64,000 nucleotides of DNA, taken from positions 704,001 through 768,000 of the forward strand of contig OZ220733.1 in assembly GCA_965116875.1 (NCBI GenBank), in the 5' to 3' direction. Every line of letters begins with the position of its first letter. Position 1 is the stretch's first letter. Positions 53,231 through 64,000 of the stretch are shown here, one piece after another. The position numbers and the translations under genes were made by a program. The notes beneath the pieces are model-generated. The model was given only the letters and a program-made list of their open reading frames with translations, was not told where the DNA came from and did not search any database. Source of the DNA: Candidatus Latescibacterota bacterium (GTDB lineage Bacteria; Latescibacterota; UBA2968; GCA-2709665).

Positions 53231-54277
53231 ATGAAAAACAACCTGCTGTGCGTGTGCCTGGCGGTCATCATGCCGGCCGTAGCTTTCACGTTTCCCGGCG
53301 CGTTGTGGGCGACGCCCGAGAGCCAGGCCGCGGCGCCCTTTCTTCTGTTCCAGCCCAGCGCGCGTTCGGCCGGAATGGGTGAAGCCTATATTGCCATTGC
53401 CGACGGCGCCAATGCCACCTATTACAATCCGGCAGGCCTGGCGGACGACACGAACAGGCACATGAGCACGACGATGTACAAGCCCGTTCCCTCATTGGCC
53501 AGCGACATCTTCACCTCGTTCGGCGCTTACACGCAACCGGTCGAAGGCGTGGGCAACCTGGGCTTCAGCCTGATCTACACCTCGCTGGGATCGCAGCACC
53601 GTACCGACTCACAGGGGCAGGACCTCGGCAAGTTCACGAGTTTTGGCCTGGCCGTGGCGGTCTCGTACGGAACCTTCGTGGTAAAAAACGTCTCCGTGGG
53701 CACAACCATGAAATTCATCCATGAAAAGCTGGCCAGCCAGGGCGCCGGAATCGAGAAGGGCAAAGGCGCGGGTACATCGTTCGCGGGCGACCTGGGTTTC
53801 ATGTGGAAAACCTCGGATCGGTTCACGCTCGCGTGGGCGTTGCGAAACGTCGGGCCGAATATCACGTTTATCGATGCGGACCAGGCCGATCCGCTGCCAC
53901 AGAATTTCACCATCGGAATCGCCTACACGGCGCTGCAGCAAGGGAATTCAACCGTACTCTTCGCCGCCGACATCTATAAACCCCTTGCCGACAGGGGCTT
54001 TTTTTCCTTTGTCACGGGTTGGAGCGACCGCAACGGCAGTGAGGAACTCGAGGATATGGACTACCATACCGGCATCGAATGGAAATACAACCTTTCCGAT
54101 GAATCCGCCTTCGCCCTGCGAACCGGATATTTCCACGATCAGGACGGCGACCGGAAGAGCCCGACCTTCGGCCTGGGCCTCAAATACAACTGGGCGTCGT
54201 TCGATCTCTCGTACTTCGCCAGGAGCAACTCCGCCCTCCGCAACGTCTTTCGCTTCACTGGCGGATTCTCCTTCTAG
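53231..54277 (+). CDS. PorV/PorQ-family outer-membrane barrel
   Basis: PFLLFQPSARSAGMGE..ADGANATYYNPAGL; NVGPNI..DADQADPLP; C-terminal F. Confidence 0.8.
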   Translation: MKNNLLCVCLAVIMPAVAFTFPGALWATPESQAAAPFLLFQPSARSAGMGEAYIAIADGANATYYNPAGLADDTNRHMSTTMYKPVPSLASDIFTSFGAYTQPVEGVGNLGFSLIYTSLGSQHRTDSQGQDLGKFTSFGLAVAVSYGTFVVKNVSVGTTMKFIHEKLASQGAGIEKGKGAGTSFAGDLGFMWKTSDRFTLAWALRNVGPNITFIDADQADPLPQNFTIGIAYTALQQGNSTVLFAADIYKPLADRGFFSFVTGWSDRNGSEELEDMDYHTGIEWKYNLSDESAFALRTGYFHDQDGDRKSPTFGLGLKYNWASFDLSYFARSNSALRNVFRFTGGFSF

Positions 54278-54341
54278 ATCGATGGGACGGCGTTTCCTTC
54301 CGCGATTTCTCGTTTGACATCTCACAGGGTCGAAAACCATC

Positions 54342-57300
54342 GTGTGGCTGCGGCGGGTCAAACCCGAACACGTTCTGCAAATCGCGCAGAAGCGGACGAC
54401 GTCGTCGTTCCTTCTCGCCATTTGCTTTTTTGGTCTTGCCTTTTCTCTGCCTGCCGCTCAGGCTGCGGGGGAGACCTGGCGCATCCTGGCCGTCCGGGTC
54501 TCATTCACCGTGGAAGATCCCGACGACGAGACCACAAGTGGAAACGGAGCTTTCGACCTCCGGACCTTCGATTCGGTCCGAGACGACTACACCTTCCCGT
54601 TCGACGCACCCCCGCACGACAGATCCTTCTTTGAAGCGCATCTCCAGGCCCTTCGCAACTACTATCTGGATGTATCCGACGGCCAACTTGAAATCGACTA
54701 CACCGTATACCCGGAGGAAACCGATGGGAGCTACGTCATCGACAGACACCTCAAGGAATACGGCAACGGACGCACCCGGACTGAAATCGCCCAGAGAATC
54801 ACGCAGCTTTTTCACGACGGCATCGTGGCCGCCGATTCCGCGGAAGGAGCGAACCTGGACTTTTCCGCGTTTCAGGCGTACGTGGTCTTTCACGCCGGGC
54901 TCGGCGCTGAGGCGGGCGGGCAGGCCATCAATGACATACCGTCCGCGTTCGTGTCCGGTAAAGACCTCGATCGTTTTGTGGACGGACCGATCGCGGTAGA
55001 CGACGGTGCGACGGTCGTTCGCAACGGGATGTTGCTTCCAGAAGCCGTCAGTACGGACGGGAGGGGCGGTCTGAACGGCACTCTTGTTCGTTTCTTCGCC
55101 CACCAGCTCGGGCTGCCGGGGCTGTCCAATTTTGAAGACGAACTCCCCGCCGTGGGAGACTGGAGTCCGCTGGATACCGGTGGTCCGGGCGCCGTGGCGT
55201 CAGCGGCCCGCCTGGACCTTCAGCCTCTGACCGGAGAACCTGCAGACAGCCTGCTCGTCGGATTCGTCCCAAGCCGCCTCCTCGCGTGGTCCCGCATCCG
55301 CCTGGGATGGCTGGAGCCGAAGGTCGTCACGCGGAACGATACGGTGCGGCTGGTTGCGCCGCACGTCGCGGGTTCCGACCTGGCGCGCGCGGTCAGGGTC
55401 CCCTTCAGCGCCACCGAGTACTTTCTCCTTGAAAACCGCATCTCCCGACTTGCGGTATATGGGCGGAAGCCGAACATCGAGTTCTCAACGGGACAGCGGG
55501 TCTGGCTTTCCGTGGACGACTACGACGCCTTCATTCCAGGTTCGGGCATCCTGATCTGGCACGTCGACGACGCCGTCATCCGGGCCAGCGAAGACGGCGC
55601 GGCCGTCAACAGCAATCCACGGTACCTCATCCGCCCGGGGCAATACAGACGCGGAATCTCGCTGGAGGAGGCGGACGGCCTCGAGGATATCGGCAACAAC
55701 GCCGCGGACCGGATCGTGCAGGCGGGCATCATCAGTCTGGATGCCATTGAAGGCGGTGTCCGAGATCCGTACTACGCCGGAAATGCCACCCGTTTCGGAC
55801 CGGATACCGTGCCCTCGACCCACAGCAACCTGAATTATCCCACCGGCGTTACGATTCAGATTCTCAGCCCGCCCGCCGATACCATGGACGTGGCAATCAC
55901 CTTTGATTACCAGCAGGATGCCTGGCCCGCAACCGGACTGCCGGGCGTTGGACTGCAGGCCCCCCGCGCGATCGACCTGAACGGCGACGGCGTCAAGGAG
56001 GTGCTGCGCAGCGGCGGCCCCGTCGAGACGTCATCGGACGGAAGAGGCCTGCCGCTGTCTATCTCCGGGAATCCAGCCGTACCGGTATCGGACGCGACGT
56101 TCCCGTTCTTCACGTCCTTCACGCCCGCCGTTGGTGACGTCAACGGAGACGGCGAAGAAGATTTCATCTACGCGAGGGACCACGTGCCGGTCCTCTGGAG
56201 CCGCGGCAATACCGCCGTTTCGCGGGCAGGCCCGCCGCGCGAGATCTCCTGTGCGCCCCTCGTTGCCAGTTTCGGCGACGCGCGCGTGGATATCTGGGGA
56301 TGGTCCAACGGCGAGGTCACCTGGGGTAACCTGGCGGGAGCGAATGCAGGCATTGCGCGAACGGGAGCTGAACCCGTCGCCGGCCTGGCGGCGGGCAACG
56401 TGGACGACGATCCGGAAAACGAACTCGTCGCACTGGCGGGGCGGGGCGGGCTCTTCATTGCGGATGCCGATGGACAGGTGGAACAGGTAGCCGATCTCTC
56501 CGGACCCGTTGTGGGAGCCCCCGTACTGGGCGACCTCGACCGGGACGGCGGAGATGAGATCGTCACGCTGGACGCGGACGGCGTGGTATCCGTCTTTTCC
56601 AGGGGACGTATGACGGCGCAGAGCGTGCCGGTGCCCGGGGGCGCGGGATCCGCGCCCGTGCTGGGCGACCTCGACGAGGACGGATACATCGAGGTGCTTT
56701 TCGGCGGCGAGGGTCGCCTCTGGGTGGTGCGCTTCAACGGCGTACATCAGGCCGATACGCCTCTCGCGTTTCCGCTCAAGGACGAGACCGGTCTGATATC
56801 CGCGCCCCCCGTGCTTGCAGACGTCAACCTGGATGGCGACCCGGACATATTCGTGGCCACGAGAGGCGGGTTGGTCTACAGCCTCGGCGCCGACGGCTCA
56901 ATCCTGCCGTCTTTTCCCCTTCCCGTATCGGGCCCGGTGCGCGCCTCGCCCCTGGCCGACGACCTGGACGGCGACGGCACCCTTGAATTGGTTGTCTTCA
57001 CCACGGAAGGAGCAGCGCATCTCTGGCACATCGAGAACTTCGACGCCCATTTTACGGGAAATCATCTCGTATGGAGCCAGGCGGGCGGCGGGCCGGGCAA
57101 CGAGAATCGCCTGCTCACGCTGCCCAGCGACCCGCCGCCGGAGACCACGTCACTGCTGCTGCCGCCGGACAAGGTCTACTGCTACCCCAATCCCGTACGC
57201 GGGACGTCGGCTACGATCCGGTTTTTCCTTGGCAAAAGCGCCCGTATCCAGGTTGCCGTGTTCAACGCGCTGGGAGAAATCGTCGAACGGATGACCATGG

Positions 57301-57440
57301 AGAATCCAACGCCCCGAACGGACAACGAGCTCCGCTGGAACACGGGCGAGTATCCAAGCGGTTTCTACGTTTGCCGCGTGGAAGCCATCTCGGAAGAGCG
57401 ATCCGAAGTACGCTTCGTGAAAACCGCGATTATCAAATAG
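54342..57440 (+). CDS. M6/InhA-like (degenerate) domain + FG-GAP repeats + T9SS-type/FlgD-Ig C-terminal domain
   Basis: FHAG, QLGLPGL, EYFLLENR, SGILIWHVD, EEADG; DLDxDGxxE repeats; YCYPNP..VFNALGE..SGFYVCR. Confidence 0.8.
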   Translation: MWLRRVKPEHVLQIAQKRTTSSFLLAICFFGLAFSLPAAQAAGETWRILAVRVSFTVEDPDDETTSGNGAFDLRTFDSVRDDYTFPFDAPPHDRSFFEAHLQALRNYYLDVSDGQLEIDYTVYPEETDGSYVIDRHLKEYGNGRTRTEIAQRITQLFHDGIVAADSAEGANLDFSAFQAYVVFHAGLGAEAGGQAINDIPSAFVSGKDLDRFVDGPIAVDDGATVVRNGMLLPEAVSTDGRGGLNGTLVRFFAHQLGLPGLSNFEDELPAVGDWSPLDTGGPGAVASAARLDLQPLTGEPADSLLVGFVPSRLLAWSRIRLGWLEPKVVTRNDTVRLVAPHVAGSDLARAVRVPFSATEYFLLENRISRLAVYGRKPNIEFSTGQRVWLSVDDYDAFIPGSGILIWHVDDAVIRASEDGAAVNSNPRYLIRPGQYRRGISLEEADGLEDIGNNAADRIVQAGIISLDAIEGGVRDPYYAGNATRFGPDTVPSTHSNLNYPTGVTIQILSPPADTMDVAITFDYQQDAWPATGLPGVGLQAPRAIDLNGDGVKEVLRSGGPVETSSDGRGLPLSISGNPAVPVSDATFPFFTSFTPAVGDVNGDGEEDFIYARDHVPVLWSRGNTAVSRAGPPREISCAPLVASFGDARVDIWGWSNGEVTWGNLAGANAGIARTGAEPVAGLAAGNVDDDPENELVALAGRGGLFIADADGQVEQVADLSGPVVGAPVLGDLDRDGGDEIVTLDADGVVSVFSRGRMTAQSVPVPGGAGSAPVLGDLDEDGYIEVLFGGEGRLWVVRFNGVHQADTPLAFPLKDETGLISAPPVLADVNLDGDPDIFVATRGGLVYSLGADGSILPSFPLPVSGPVRASPLADDLDGDGTLELVVFTTEGAAHLWHIENFDAHFTGNHLVWSQAGGGPGNENRLLTLPSDPPPETTSLLLPPDKVYCYPNPVRGTSATIRFFLGKSARIQVAVFNALGEIVERMTMENPTPRTDNELRWNTGEYPSGFYVCRVEAISEERSEVRFVKTAIIK

Positions 57441-57444
57441 ACCT

Positions 57445-60400
57445 GTGATGAATGCAATAGATAGACAACATGGACGAAGGGCGAGCAGCCGCCCACTGAC
57501 GGTTCGCTCGTCGGGCAGGATCTTCATGATGTGCCTTGCCCTTCTGTTGTCGGCGTCCGTGCCGGCCGGCGCCCAGTTCGACGCCAACCATCCCGAACTG
57601 CGCTGGGAGGTGCTGGAGACCGCCCATTTCAAGATATATTACCACCAGGGCCTCGCGGACTTCGCCCGCCGCGCCGCGAAGGTCGCCGAAACCGTGTACG
57701 GTCCGGTCACGACGTTCTATCGTTTCACACCGGACGAAAAAATACGGCTGATTCTGAAGGACACGGACGACTACGCCAATGGTGTGGCCTTCTATTACCA
57801 CAACACCATGGAAATCTGGGCATCCAACCTAGAATTTGAATTGCGCGGCGATACCAACTGGCTCCAAAACGTAATCGCGCATGAATTCACCCATATCGTT
57901 GCGCTGCAGACAGCGCGCAAGGGTCCCCGGCGCCTCCCCGCCATATACTTCCACTATCTGGGGTACCAGAACGAAGAGCGCCGTGACGACATTCTCACGG
58001 GTTACCCTGACGTTTTTGCATCCTACGCGGTTCCCCTTACGATCGTACCGCCCTGGTTTGCCGAAGGCACCGCGCAATTCATGGCGCCGGGCGTCCGATT
58101 CGATCGATGGGACTCCCACCGCGACATGATTCTGCGCATGGCCACCTTGAAGAATCGACTCCTCACGTACGACGAAATGGGCGTGTTCGGCTCCAAGACC
58201 GGTCTGGGACTCGAAAAAGTCTACGACCACGGCTATGCCCTGACCCTGTTTATTGTCAACACCTTCGGCGAGGACAAATTGCCGAAGATCTACAGCAATA
58301 TGACGGCGCTCTGGCGGACAGACTTCGATTCAGCCGTCCGCGGCGCGATCGGCATTTCGGGACGAGAGCTGCATCAACGTTGGGTCGCCGCCCTCGAAGA
58401 AAGGTACGAGGCCCAGGAGTCCAAACTCGAGGGTCGCCTGGTCAACGGCGAAATCCTGCACGCCAGGGGGTACTTCAACCTCCACCCCCGCTGGTCGCCG
58501 GACGGTCGTCAGCTGGCCTATCTGTCCAATCAGGGCGGCGACTTCGGACGCACCGCCCTGGTTGTACATACCCTCTCCGACAGTTCCTCGGAAACGCTCG
58601 CCGGCGGCGCAGATACCGCTCCGGACTGGTCGCCCGACGGGCCCGGGCTGATTTTCGCGCGGCGCAGTCCACCGGACAGGAACGGCTCCAGGTTCTGGGA
58701 TCTCTACACCGTGGACCCGACCATGTCGCGGGGACACGGGTTGTTTCAGAAAACCAGAGCGACGCTCGGTCTTTCCCAGAAACTGCCGCCCAACCAGAGT
58801 CGTCTGACCCACGGACTCCGCGCCAGTCACCCTGCATATTCGCCCGATGGACGACAGGTCGCGTTCGTCGTGAACGGTCGTGGCTCGACAAATCTGGCTG
58901 TGATGGACGTCGAGGACGGCAGTGTCCGCCGGCTGACGTCGTTCGACGACGGCTCCCAGGTCTATACGCCCCGCTGGTCGCCCGACGGTTCGCAACTCGC
59001 CTGCTCGGTCTTCCATCCGGATGACACACGGAATATCGCCATCGTCCCCGCGGGCGGCGGGCGTTTGAATACCGTCATCGCCTCCGCGGGCACGGACCGC
59101 GACCCATGCTGGACTCCCGACGGGGCCGGCCTGGTGTTTTCCTCGGATCAGGACGGTATTTTCAATCTCTATCATTTCAGCCTCACGGACGGGTCCGTAC
59201 ACCGCGTCACACGCGTCCTGGGCGGCGCCCTGCAACCCCACGTCAATCCCAGGGACCGTCGGATCGCCTTCTCCCAGTACGGCGCGGACGGCTATGAGAT
59301 CCGGACCCTGTCGGGAAAAGGCGCATGGGAGCCGGTTGCAGCTGGAGTCTTTCAACCGGAATCCGGGCGGTCGACCGCCGCCGCCGTTGAGGGCGATCCC
59401 TTCCCGAACAGCCGGACCTACGGCAATGAATTCTCAACGACCTCGTTCTTTCCGCGCGTTGCCGTGGACGCGGGAAAGGTGAAACTGGGCATCTTCGCGG
59501 GATCCAACGACGTCCTCAACAAACAGTCCCTCCTCTTGGGCGCCATGGCCGCCCGTGACAGGGACCTGGATCTGTTCGCGGTCTACGAATACCGCCGCTG
59601 GCGCCCGACGGTCTTTCTGGAAGCCTATCGGGCCGTGCGTCACGAAGAAGACGACGTCCTCAACCGTGACGAAAACTTCCGCATCTTCAGCCAGACGTTC
59701 AAAATTTCCGGCGTTGAATTCGGCGCCAGGCAGAGGCTGGGCACGGGCAGCCGCCTGGACGCCAGATTCATCTACAACCTGTCATCCACCGACCAGGACG
59801 TCGCCCGTTTCAACGGCATGGACGAAGTAAGCCTGGGCGCCACGACGCACCATGGGTTCAATTTCGCGTTCAGGTATTCCCTGCGCAACATCAGTCGAAC
59901 CAGAGACCGGGAAATCAACCCCCGAGCCGGACGGGAGATGTGGATCCGCTATGACCGCCAGTTCAACTTTTTCATCAGCGGATTCAAGGAAGACACGTCC
60001 CTTCTGATCGAAACGTTCGACCGCTACTTCTTCAACCGGTTCACACTGAGCTGGAGCGAATACCGGCCCGTGGGTCCCGGACGCGCTTCCCTGGGCCTGC
60101 GATTCTATGGCGGACTGATCGACAGCGAAGTGGATGACTACTTCGATTTCTTCCTGGGCGGCCTGCCCTATATGAAGGGATATACCTTTTATAGCCTCGA
60201 AGGGCGCAGGGCAGCCATGTTTCGCGCCGCGTACCGCTTCCCCATCCGGACGCGGATGGATCGGCAGACCGGACCCATTTACTCCGATCAGCTCTTCGGT
60301 TCCGTCTTCGCCGGCATCGGCCGCGCCTGGGACGGAGACGATCTGGATCACGTAATGAACCGCGGCTGGAAACGCGACGTGGGGATCCAGATCCGTTATG

Positions 60401-60564
60401 ACGCGACCTCCTTCTACACGTTTCCGACCCGCGCGAGCCTTGATATCGCCTACGGCATGGATACATTGCCGCGCGTGGTCCCCGGTGAAGAATTGGAAAA
60501 AAGCGGTTTCAAATTCTACTTCGCCCTGCTTTTCGGATACCTGCAAAGCGTCGGAGGACGGTAA
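57445..60564 (+). CDS. Gluzincin-like domain + PD40/TolB propeller + C-terminal outer-membrane barrel
   Basis: AHEFTH..WFAEG; WSPDG repeats; MKGY barrel-loop motif; start may be 57526. Confidence 0.8.
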   Translation: MMNAIDRQHGRRASSRPLTVRSSGRIFMMCLALLLSASVPAGAQFDANHPELRWEVLETAHFKIYYHQGLADFARRAAKVAETVYGPVTTFYRFTPDEKIRLILKDTDDYANGVAFYYHNTMEIWASNLEFELRGDTNWLQNVIAHEFTHIVALQTARKGPRRLPAIYFHYLGYQNEERRDDILTGYPDVFASYAVPLTIVPPWFAEGTAQFMAPGVRFDRWDSHRDMILRMATLKNRLLTYDEMGVFGSKTGLGLEKVYDHGYALTLFIVNTFGEDKLPKIYSNMTALWRTDFDSAVRGAIGISGRELHQRWVAALEERYEAQESKLEGRLVNGEILHARGYFNLHPRWSPDGRQLAYLSNQGGDFGRTALVVHTLSDSSSETLAGGADTAPDWSPDGPGLIFARRSPPDRNGSRFWDLYTVDPTMSRGHGLFQKTRATLGLSQKLPPNQSRLTHGLRASHPAYSPDGRQVAFVVNGRGSTNLAVMDVEDGSVRRLTSFDDGSQVYTPRWSPDGSQLACSVFHPDDTRNIAIVPAGGGRLNTVIASAGTDRDPCWTPDGAGLVFSSDQDGIFNLYHFSLTDGSVHRVTRVLGGALQPHVNPRDRRIAFSQYGADGYEIRTLSGKGAWEPVAAGVFQPESGRSTAAAVEGDPFPNSRTYGNEFSTTSFFPRVAVDAGKVKLGIFAGSNDVLNKQSLLLGAMAARDRDLDLFAVYEYRRWRPTVFLEAYRAVRHEEDDVLNRDENFRIFSQTFKISGVEFGARQRLGTGSRLDARFIYNLSSTDQDVARFNGMDEVSLGATTHHGFNFAFRYSLRNISRTRDREINPRAGREMWIRYDRQFNFFISGFKEDTSLLIETFDRYFFNRFTLSWSEYRPVGPGRASLGLRFYGGLIDSEVDDYFDFFLGGLPYMKGYTFYSLEGRRAAMFRAAYRFPIRTRMDRQTGPIYSDQLFGSVFAGIGRAWDGDDLDHVMNRGWKRDVGIQIRYDATSFYTFPTRASLDIAYGMDTLPRVVPGEELEKSGFKFYFALLFGYLQSVGGR

Positions 60565-60769
60565 TTTAAAGGCGTGAAAGCGGGGAGATGGGAGAAGGTA
60601 GATGAAGAGCCTGAGAGCGGGTAGAGGGAAGACGGGAGACGGTAGATGAAATCCTTGCCTCACAGGTTTGTCTTATCTGCCATCGGCCTGAATTGAAACA
60701 ACACAGGGCAGACGATTTCTACCCTCTTACGTCTTGCGTCTACCCGGGTTTATTTTCCAGGAGTTACAC

Positions 60770-61501
60770 GTGTACGGCGCCATCGCAATCCTGGTCCTGT
60801 TGACCGTTCTCCCGACTCACGCGGCAGACCGGCTCAACGACGGCCACTCCATCGCGAATCTGTGGCTGCTGGATGACGACCCCCTGCCGTCCGGTGGGAA
60901 ATCGTCCAAACTGGCCTTTACGATGTCTCTATTGGTTCCGGGTCTGGGCGAACTCTACGCGGGCGAACCGAAGCGGGCGGCTGTTTTCCTCGGGATCGAA
61001 GCGCTCACGTGGTTCAACTATCTGCGCTGGCGGAACAGAGGCAACGACCTCAAGGCGGAATTCCGGGCTTTCGCCGATCGGAACTGGGACGAAAACAGGT
61101 ATCGGGAATGGCAGGAATACAACCGCGCCAGGGGCTCGCCTTATATTGAGACCGAGACCCTGCCGTGCAAACGCGCCCTGGAAGGATGCCACAGGGTGGA
61201 CACCCAGCAATACTACGAGATGATCGGCAAGTACGACCAGTTCGTATTCGGCTGGAGGGACGTCGGTGACGTGGGCTTCCAGACCGGTAACGGCGACGTC
61301 GACTCCAGTCAGCGTATCGACTACGAAAACCAGCGCAACGACAGCAACAAACTCCTCAAACGCGCCTCGGTAATCATCGGTCTGACCGTTGTCAATCGCA
61401 TCGCGAGTTCCATCCATGCGGCGCTGCGCGTGCGGTCCGCTCAACTGTCGATTTCGCCCCGGCCGGACCGGACCGAATTGGCAATCCACGTCCGGTTCTG
61501 A
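60770..61501 (+). CDS. Hypothetical membrane/secreted protein (DUF5683-like SLLVPGLGELY)
   Basis: RBS aggag; QQYYEMIGKYDQF. Confidence 0.7.
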   Translation: MYGAIAILVLLTVLPTHAADRLNDGHSIANLWLLDDDPLPSGGKSSKLAFTMSLLVPGLGELYAGEPKRAAVFLGIEALTWFNYLRWRNRGNDLKAEFRAFADRNWDENRYREWQEYNRARGSPYIETETLPCKRALEGCHRVDTQQYYEMIGKYDQFVFGWRDVGDVGFQTGNGDVDSSQRIDYENQRNDSNKLLKRASVIIGLTVVNRIASSIHAALRVRSAQLSISPRPDRTELAIHVRF

Positions 61502-61533
61502 ACGCCGGGACACGCTTTTTCGAAACTGAAACC

Positions 61534-62181
61534 ATGGCAAACCGTTTCTCCAGGGCCCTCGTCAATCTCGCAATATTGTCCCTGATTCTGATCGGCGTAC
61601 CGTCGGCCGGACACGCAAGGGGCAAGTCGCCGGCCGGTGCGGCGGTGTTATCGCTCGTGCTGCCCGGATTGGGCGAATTCTACGCCGGAGGTCGTCGGTC
61701 CGCCCGTTTCTTCCTGGTCACGGAAGGGATATTCTGGTCCGGAATGGCCACGTTCCGGTTCCTCGAGTCCTATCGCGTCGATGCGTATCACGCGCATGCC
61801 GCAGCCCACGCGGGCATCCGCCTGAAGAACCTGCCCGAGTCCTTCATCAAGGAAGTAGGGGACTTCGAAAGCATCTACGAACGAAACCGGCGGGAACGCT
61901 TTCTCGCCGGCGAACATGCCAACATCCGGGCTGAAACCGATGACCGGATCTGGGAGTGGGATACGGAAGCCTCCCGGATCCGATTTCTGGATCTGCGCAG
62001 CAGGGCCACTTCCGCTGAACAGAAGGCCTTCCTGTTCATAGGCGGCCTGATTCTCAACCGATTCGCCAGCGCTCTCAACGCGGCCTCCATCGCACGGAAA
62101 AGCCGCGCGCAGAACGCGGGCGTCAAGCTCCTGGTTGACCCTCGAGGCGGACTCTACGCGAGCATCCAGCGCGGTTTCTGA
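61534..62181 (+). CDS. Paralogous hypothetical protein (SLVLPGLGEFY)
   Basis: Shares N-terminal motif and C-terminal NR..S...A with the upstream gene. Confidence 0.7.
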   Translation: MANRFSRALVNLAILSLILIGVPSAGHARGKSPAGAAVLSLVLPGLGEFYAGGRRSARFFLVTEGIFWSGMATFRFLESYRVDAYHAHAAAHAGIRLKNLPESFIKEVGDFESIYERNRRERFLAGEHANIRAETDDRIWEWDTEASRIRFLDLRSRATSAEQKAFLFIGGLILNRFASALNAASIARKSRAQNAGVKLLVDPRGGLYASIQRGF

Positions 62182-62191
62182 TACCCGGACA

Positions 62192-63832
62192 ATGAACGCG
62201 GGTACGTTTTCCCGAACCTCGCGAAAAGGCGGAATAAGCTTGGGTTCGACCCTATCGAGTCAGGCGTCTCGCGTCTGGCGTCCATCCTCTGCGGGGATCA
62301 TACTCTGCCTGCTCCTCGAGACCCCCGCGTTCGCCGGCCCCGAAGCCCACTGCGGCACCCCCTATCTGCCCTCGCGTCCAATTCCCGTGGGGGCGGCAAA
62401 GAAAACGGCCGCCGAGACGTTTGACGTGGGCGACCCTCTGACCGTTCGCGTCTATCATTTCGGCGCGGTTCCGGGTACCGATCCGTACTACCTCACCACG
62501 ACGACATGCCGCCTGAAAGGCGAGCACTGCTATATCTTCGTGGAGGACGACGTCTGGGACGGCGCGCGCGTTTCGCCGGCCGCCCTGACTTCGCTAACCC
62601 GCGCCTTCGACCGGTCAACCCCCCGGTATCCCGACCGCGGGATTTACTCCATCGATACCGAAATCTTCGGTCCTCCGCCCGACGCGGACGGCGACCCGCG
62701 GATCGTGGTCGTACTGCTGGATATCATGGACAACATCGGGAGCGGCACGATCCTGGGTTATTACGATACTGCAAATCAGGCGGCGCCGATTGGCAGGGAA
62801 ATCCTCTACATCGACTGCGATCCCCTGGACCTGAACAGCGATCTGGCGCGCGCCACACTTGCCCATGAGTTCCAGCACATGCTGCACTGGAACGGCGATC
62901 CGGACGAAGACAGATGGGTGGACGAGGGCTGTTCGGAATATGCCGAGCTGGCCTGCGGCTACAAGAAGACATCCGGCGAGGTTGCGCAGAAATTTCTGGT
63001 CGTTCCGAACCTGCTCAAGTCGCCCGTCTCCAACCTCCCTGTTCCGCCCAATACCGGCCTGACGGATGATTCGAGCTGGTCCAGGGGCGCCTGGCTGCCG
63101 TTCCTGTTCGACCAGACCTTTCTGCTGATGACCTACTTCGCCCAGCGATACGGCGATACGGCCGTCGCGCGCCTCGTCGCCGAACCGTCAAACGGCATCG
63201 ACGGCTTCAATCGCGCCCTGGAAGACACCGGCGTGGAGGAACGGTTCGAACAGTTCTGGGCGGATTGGGCGGCCGCCGTGTTCGTGAACGATGACGGCGG
63301 ACGGGGATACCGCGGTCTCTCACTTGGGCCGGTCAGAAGGGATACCGTCGTTGTACCTGCCGACGATCTCGGCGGCGCCCTCCAGCTCTGGGGCATCGAC
63401 TATGTCGTGCCGCGTTCGTCCGGACCAGCCGGGCTCTCGGTGGACGTCAGGAGCGACAGTGACCTGCTTGTGACACTGGTTTCCAAACGGGATGACACGC
63501 ACGACGTCGCCGCCGTATCGGTCCCGCACGGCGCACGGCGCCGCATCGGTCTGTACGGCGAGTCGCCAACCGTATTGGCCTTCACGCGCACGTCCGCCGG
63601 TCCGCCGACCTATTCATTCTCTCTCGCCAGGCGGGAGGGCCACGTGCCGGCGGCGGCGGATTTCGACGCCAGCGGCACGGTTGGGTTCTCGGATTTCATC
63701 GCATTCGCCGCGGGATTCGGCAAATCAGCCGGCCGACCGGATTTCGACCCCTCGTTCGATCTGGACGGGGACGGCGCCGTGTCATTCCCGGACTTCATTC
63801 TATTCGCGCGGAATTTCGGCAAGTCGCCGTGA
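62192..63832 (+). CDS. Secreted zinc metallopeptidase (M30-like) with C-terminal dockerin/EF-hand-like module
   Basis: LAHEFQH..WVDEG; DFDASGTVGFSDF, DLDGDGAVSFPDF. Confidence 0.8.
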   Translation: MNAGTFSRTSRKGGISLGSTLSSQASRVWRPSSAGIILCLLLETPAFAGPEAHCGTPYLPSRPIPVGAAKKTAAETFDVGDPLTVRVYHFGAVPGTDPYYLTTTTCRLKGEHCYIFVEDDVWDGARVSPAALTSLTRAFDRSTPRYPDRGIYSIDTEIFGPPPDADGDPRIVVVLLDIMDNIGSGTILGYYDTANQAAPIGREILYIDCDPLDLNSDLARATLAHEFQHMLHWNGDPDEDRWVDEGCSEYAELACGYKKTSGEVAQKFLVVPNLLKSPVSNLPVPPNTGLTDDSSWSRGAWLPFLFDQTFLLMTYFAQRYGDTAVARLVAEPSNGIDGFNRALEDTGVEERFEQFWADWAAAVFVNDDGGRGYRGLSLGPVRRDTVVVPADDLGGALQLWGIDYVVPRSSGPAGLSVDVRSDSDLLVTLVSKRDDTHDVAAVSVPHGARRRIGLYGESPTVLAFTRTSAGPPTYSFSLARREGHVPAAADFDASGTVGFSDFIAFAAGFGKSAGRPDFDPSFDLDGDGAVSFPDFILFARNFGKSP

Positions 63833-64000
63833 GCGGCCAACCTGCAATTGGCCCCGTCCCGGATCCGCCTCTCGCTACTCCGCAAGCGCACACCGGCGCC
63901 AATAACCTGCGAAGTTTCGACCGAGCCACGCCAGCGGCGCCCGGAGCAGCACGTTGTATCCACCCCAGGTCCACCTTGTAACCCGCTTCAGTCCGGCCGC

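Overview
GC-rich bacterial chromosomal segment. The gene content (PorV-like barrel, T9SS-type C-terminal domain, 'DFDGDGxVGFxDF' dockerin/EF-hand-like modules, YWTD-repeat eukaryote-like protein) suggests an FCB-superphylum organism such as Latescibacterota/Gemmatimonadota, possibly a host symbiont (inference). Housekeeping-like flanks (1-7.4 kb: amidase, aldo/keto reductase, UbiA/UbiX, amidohydrolase; 44-64 kb: ABC transporter, S41 protease, GT2, RmlD-like, PorV-led surface-protein operon) enclose an accessory region. That region holds an unannotated UGA-recoded SelW-like selenoprotein, a metH/methylation cluster, a Zur-boxed Zn/Co homeostasis operon, three toxin-antitoxin loci whose toxins are all disabled, and a ~13 kb mosaic (31.2-44.3 kb) of co-oriented genes and 5'-truncated fragments. 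The mosaic twice shows the layout 'intact gene - cargo - truncated cargo fused to a second copy of the first gene's 3' end'. It also carries three copies of an unrecognised ~93-bp non-coding element, and part of it is bracketed by an inverted REP pair. No tRNA, rRNA, CRISPR array, integrase or transposase gene was seen. All identities were counted by eye; no database searches were run.
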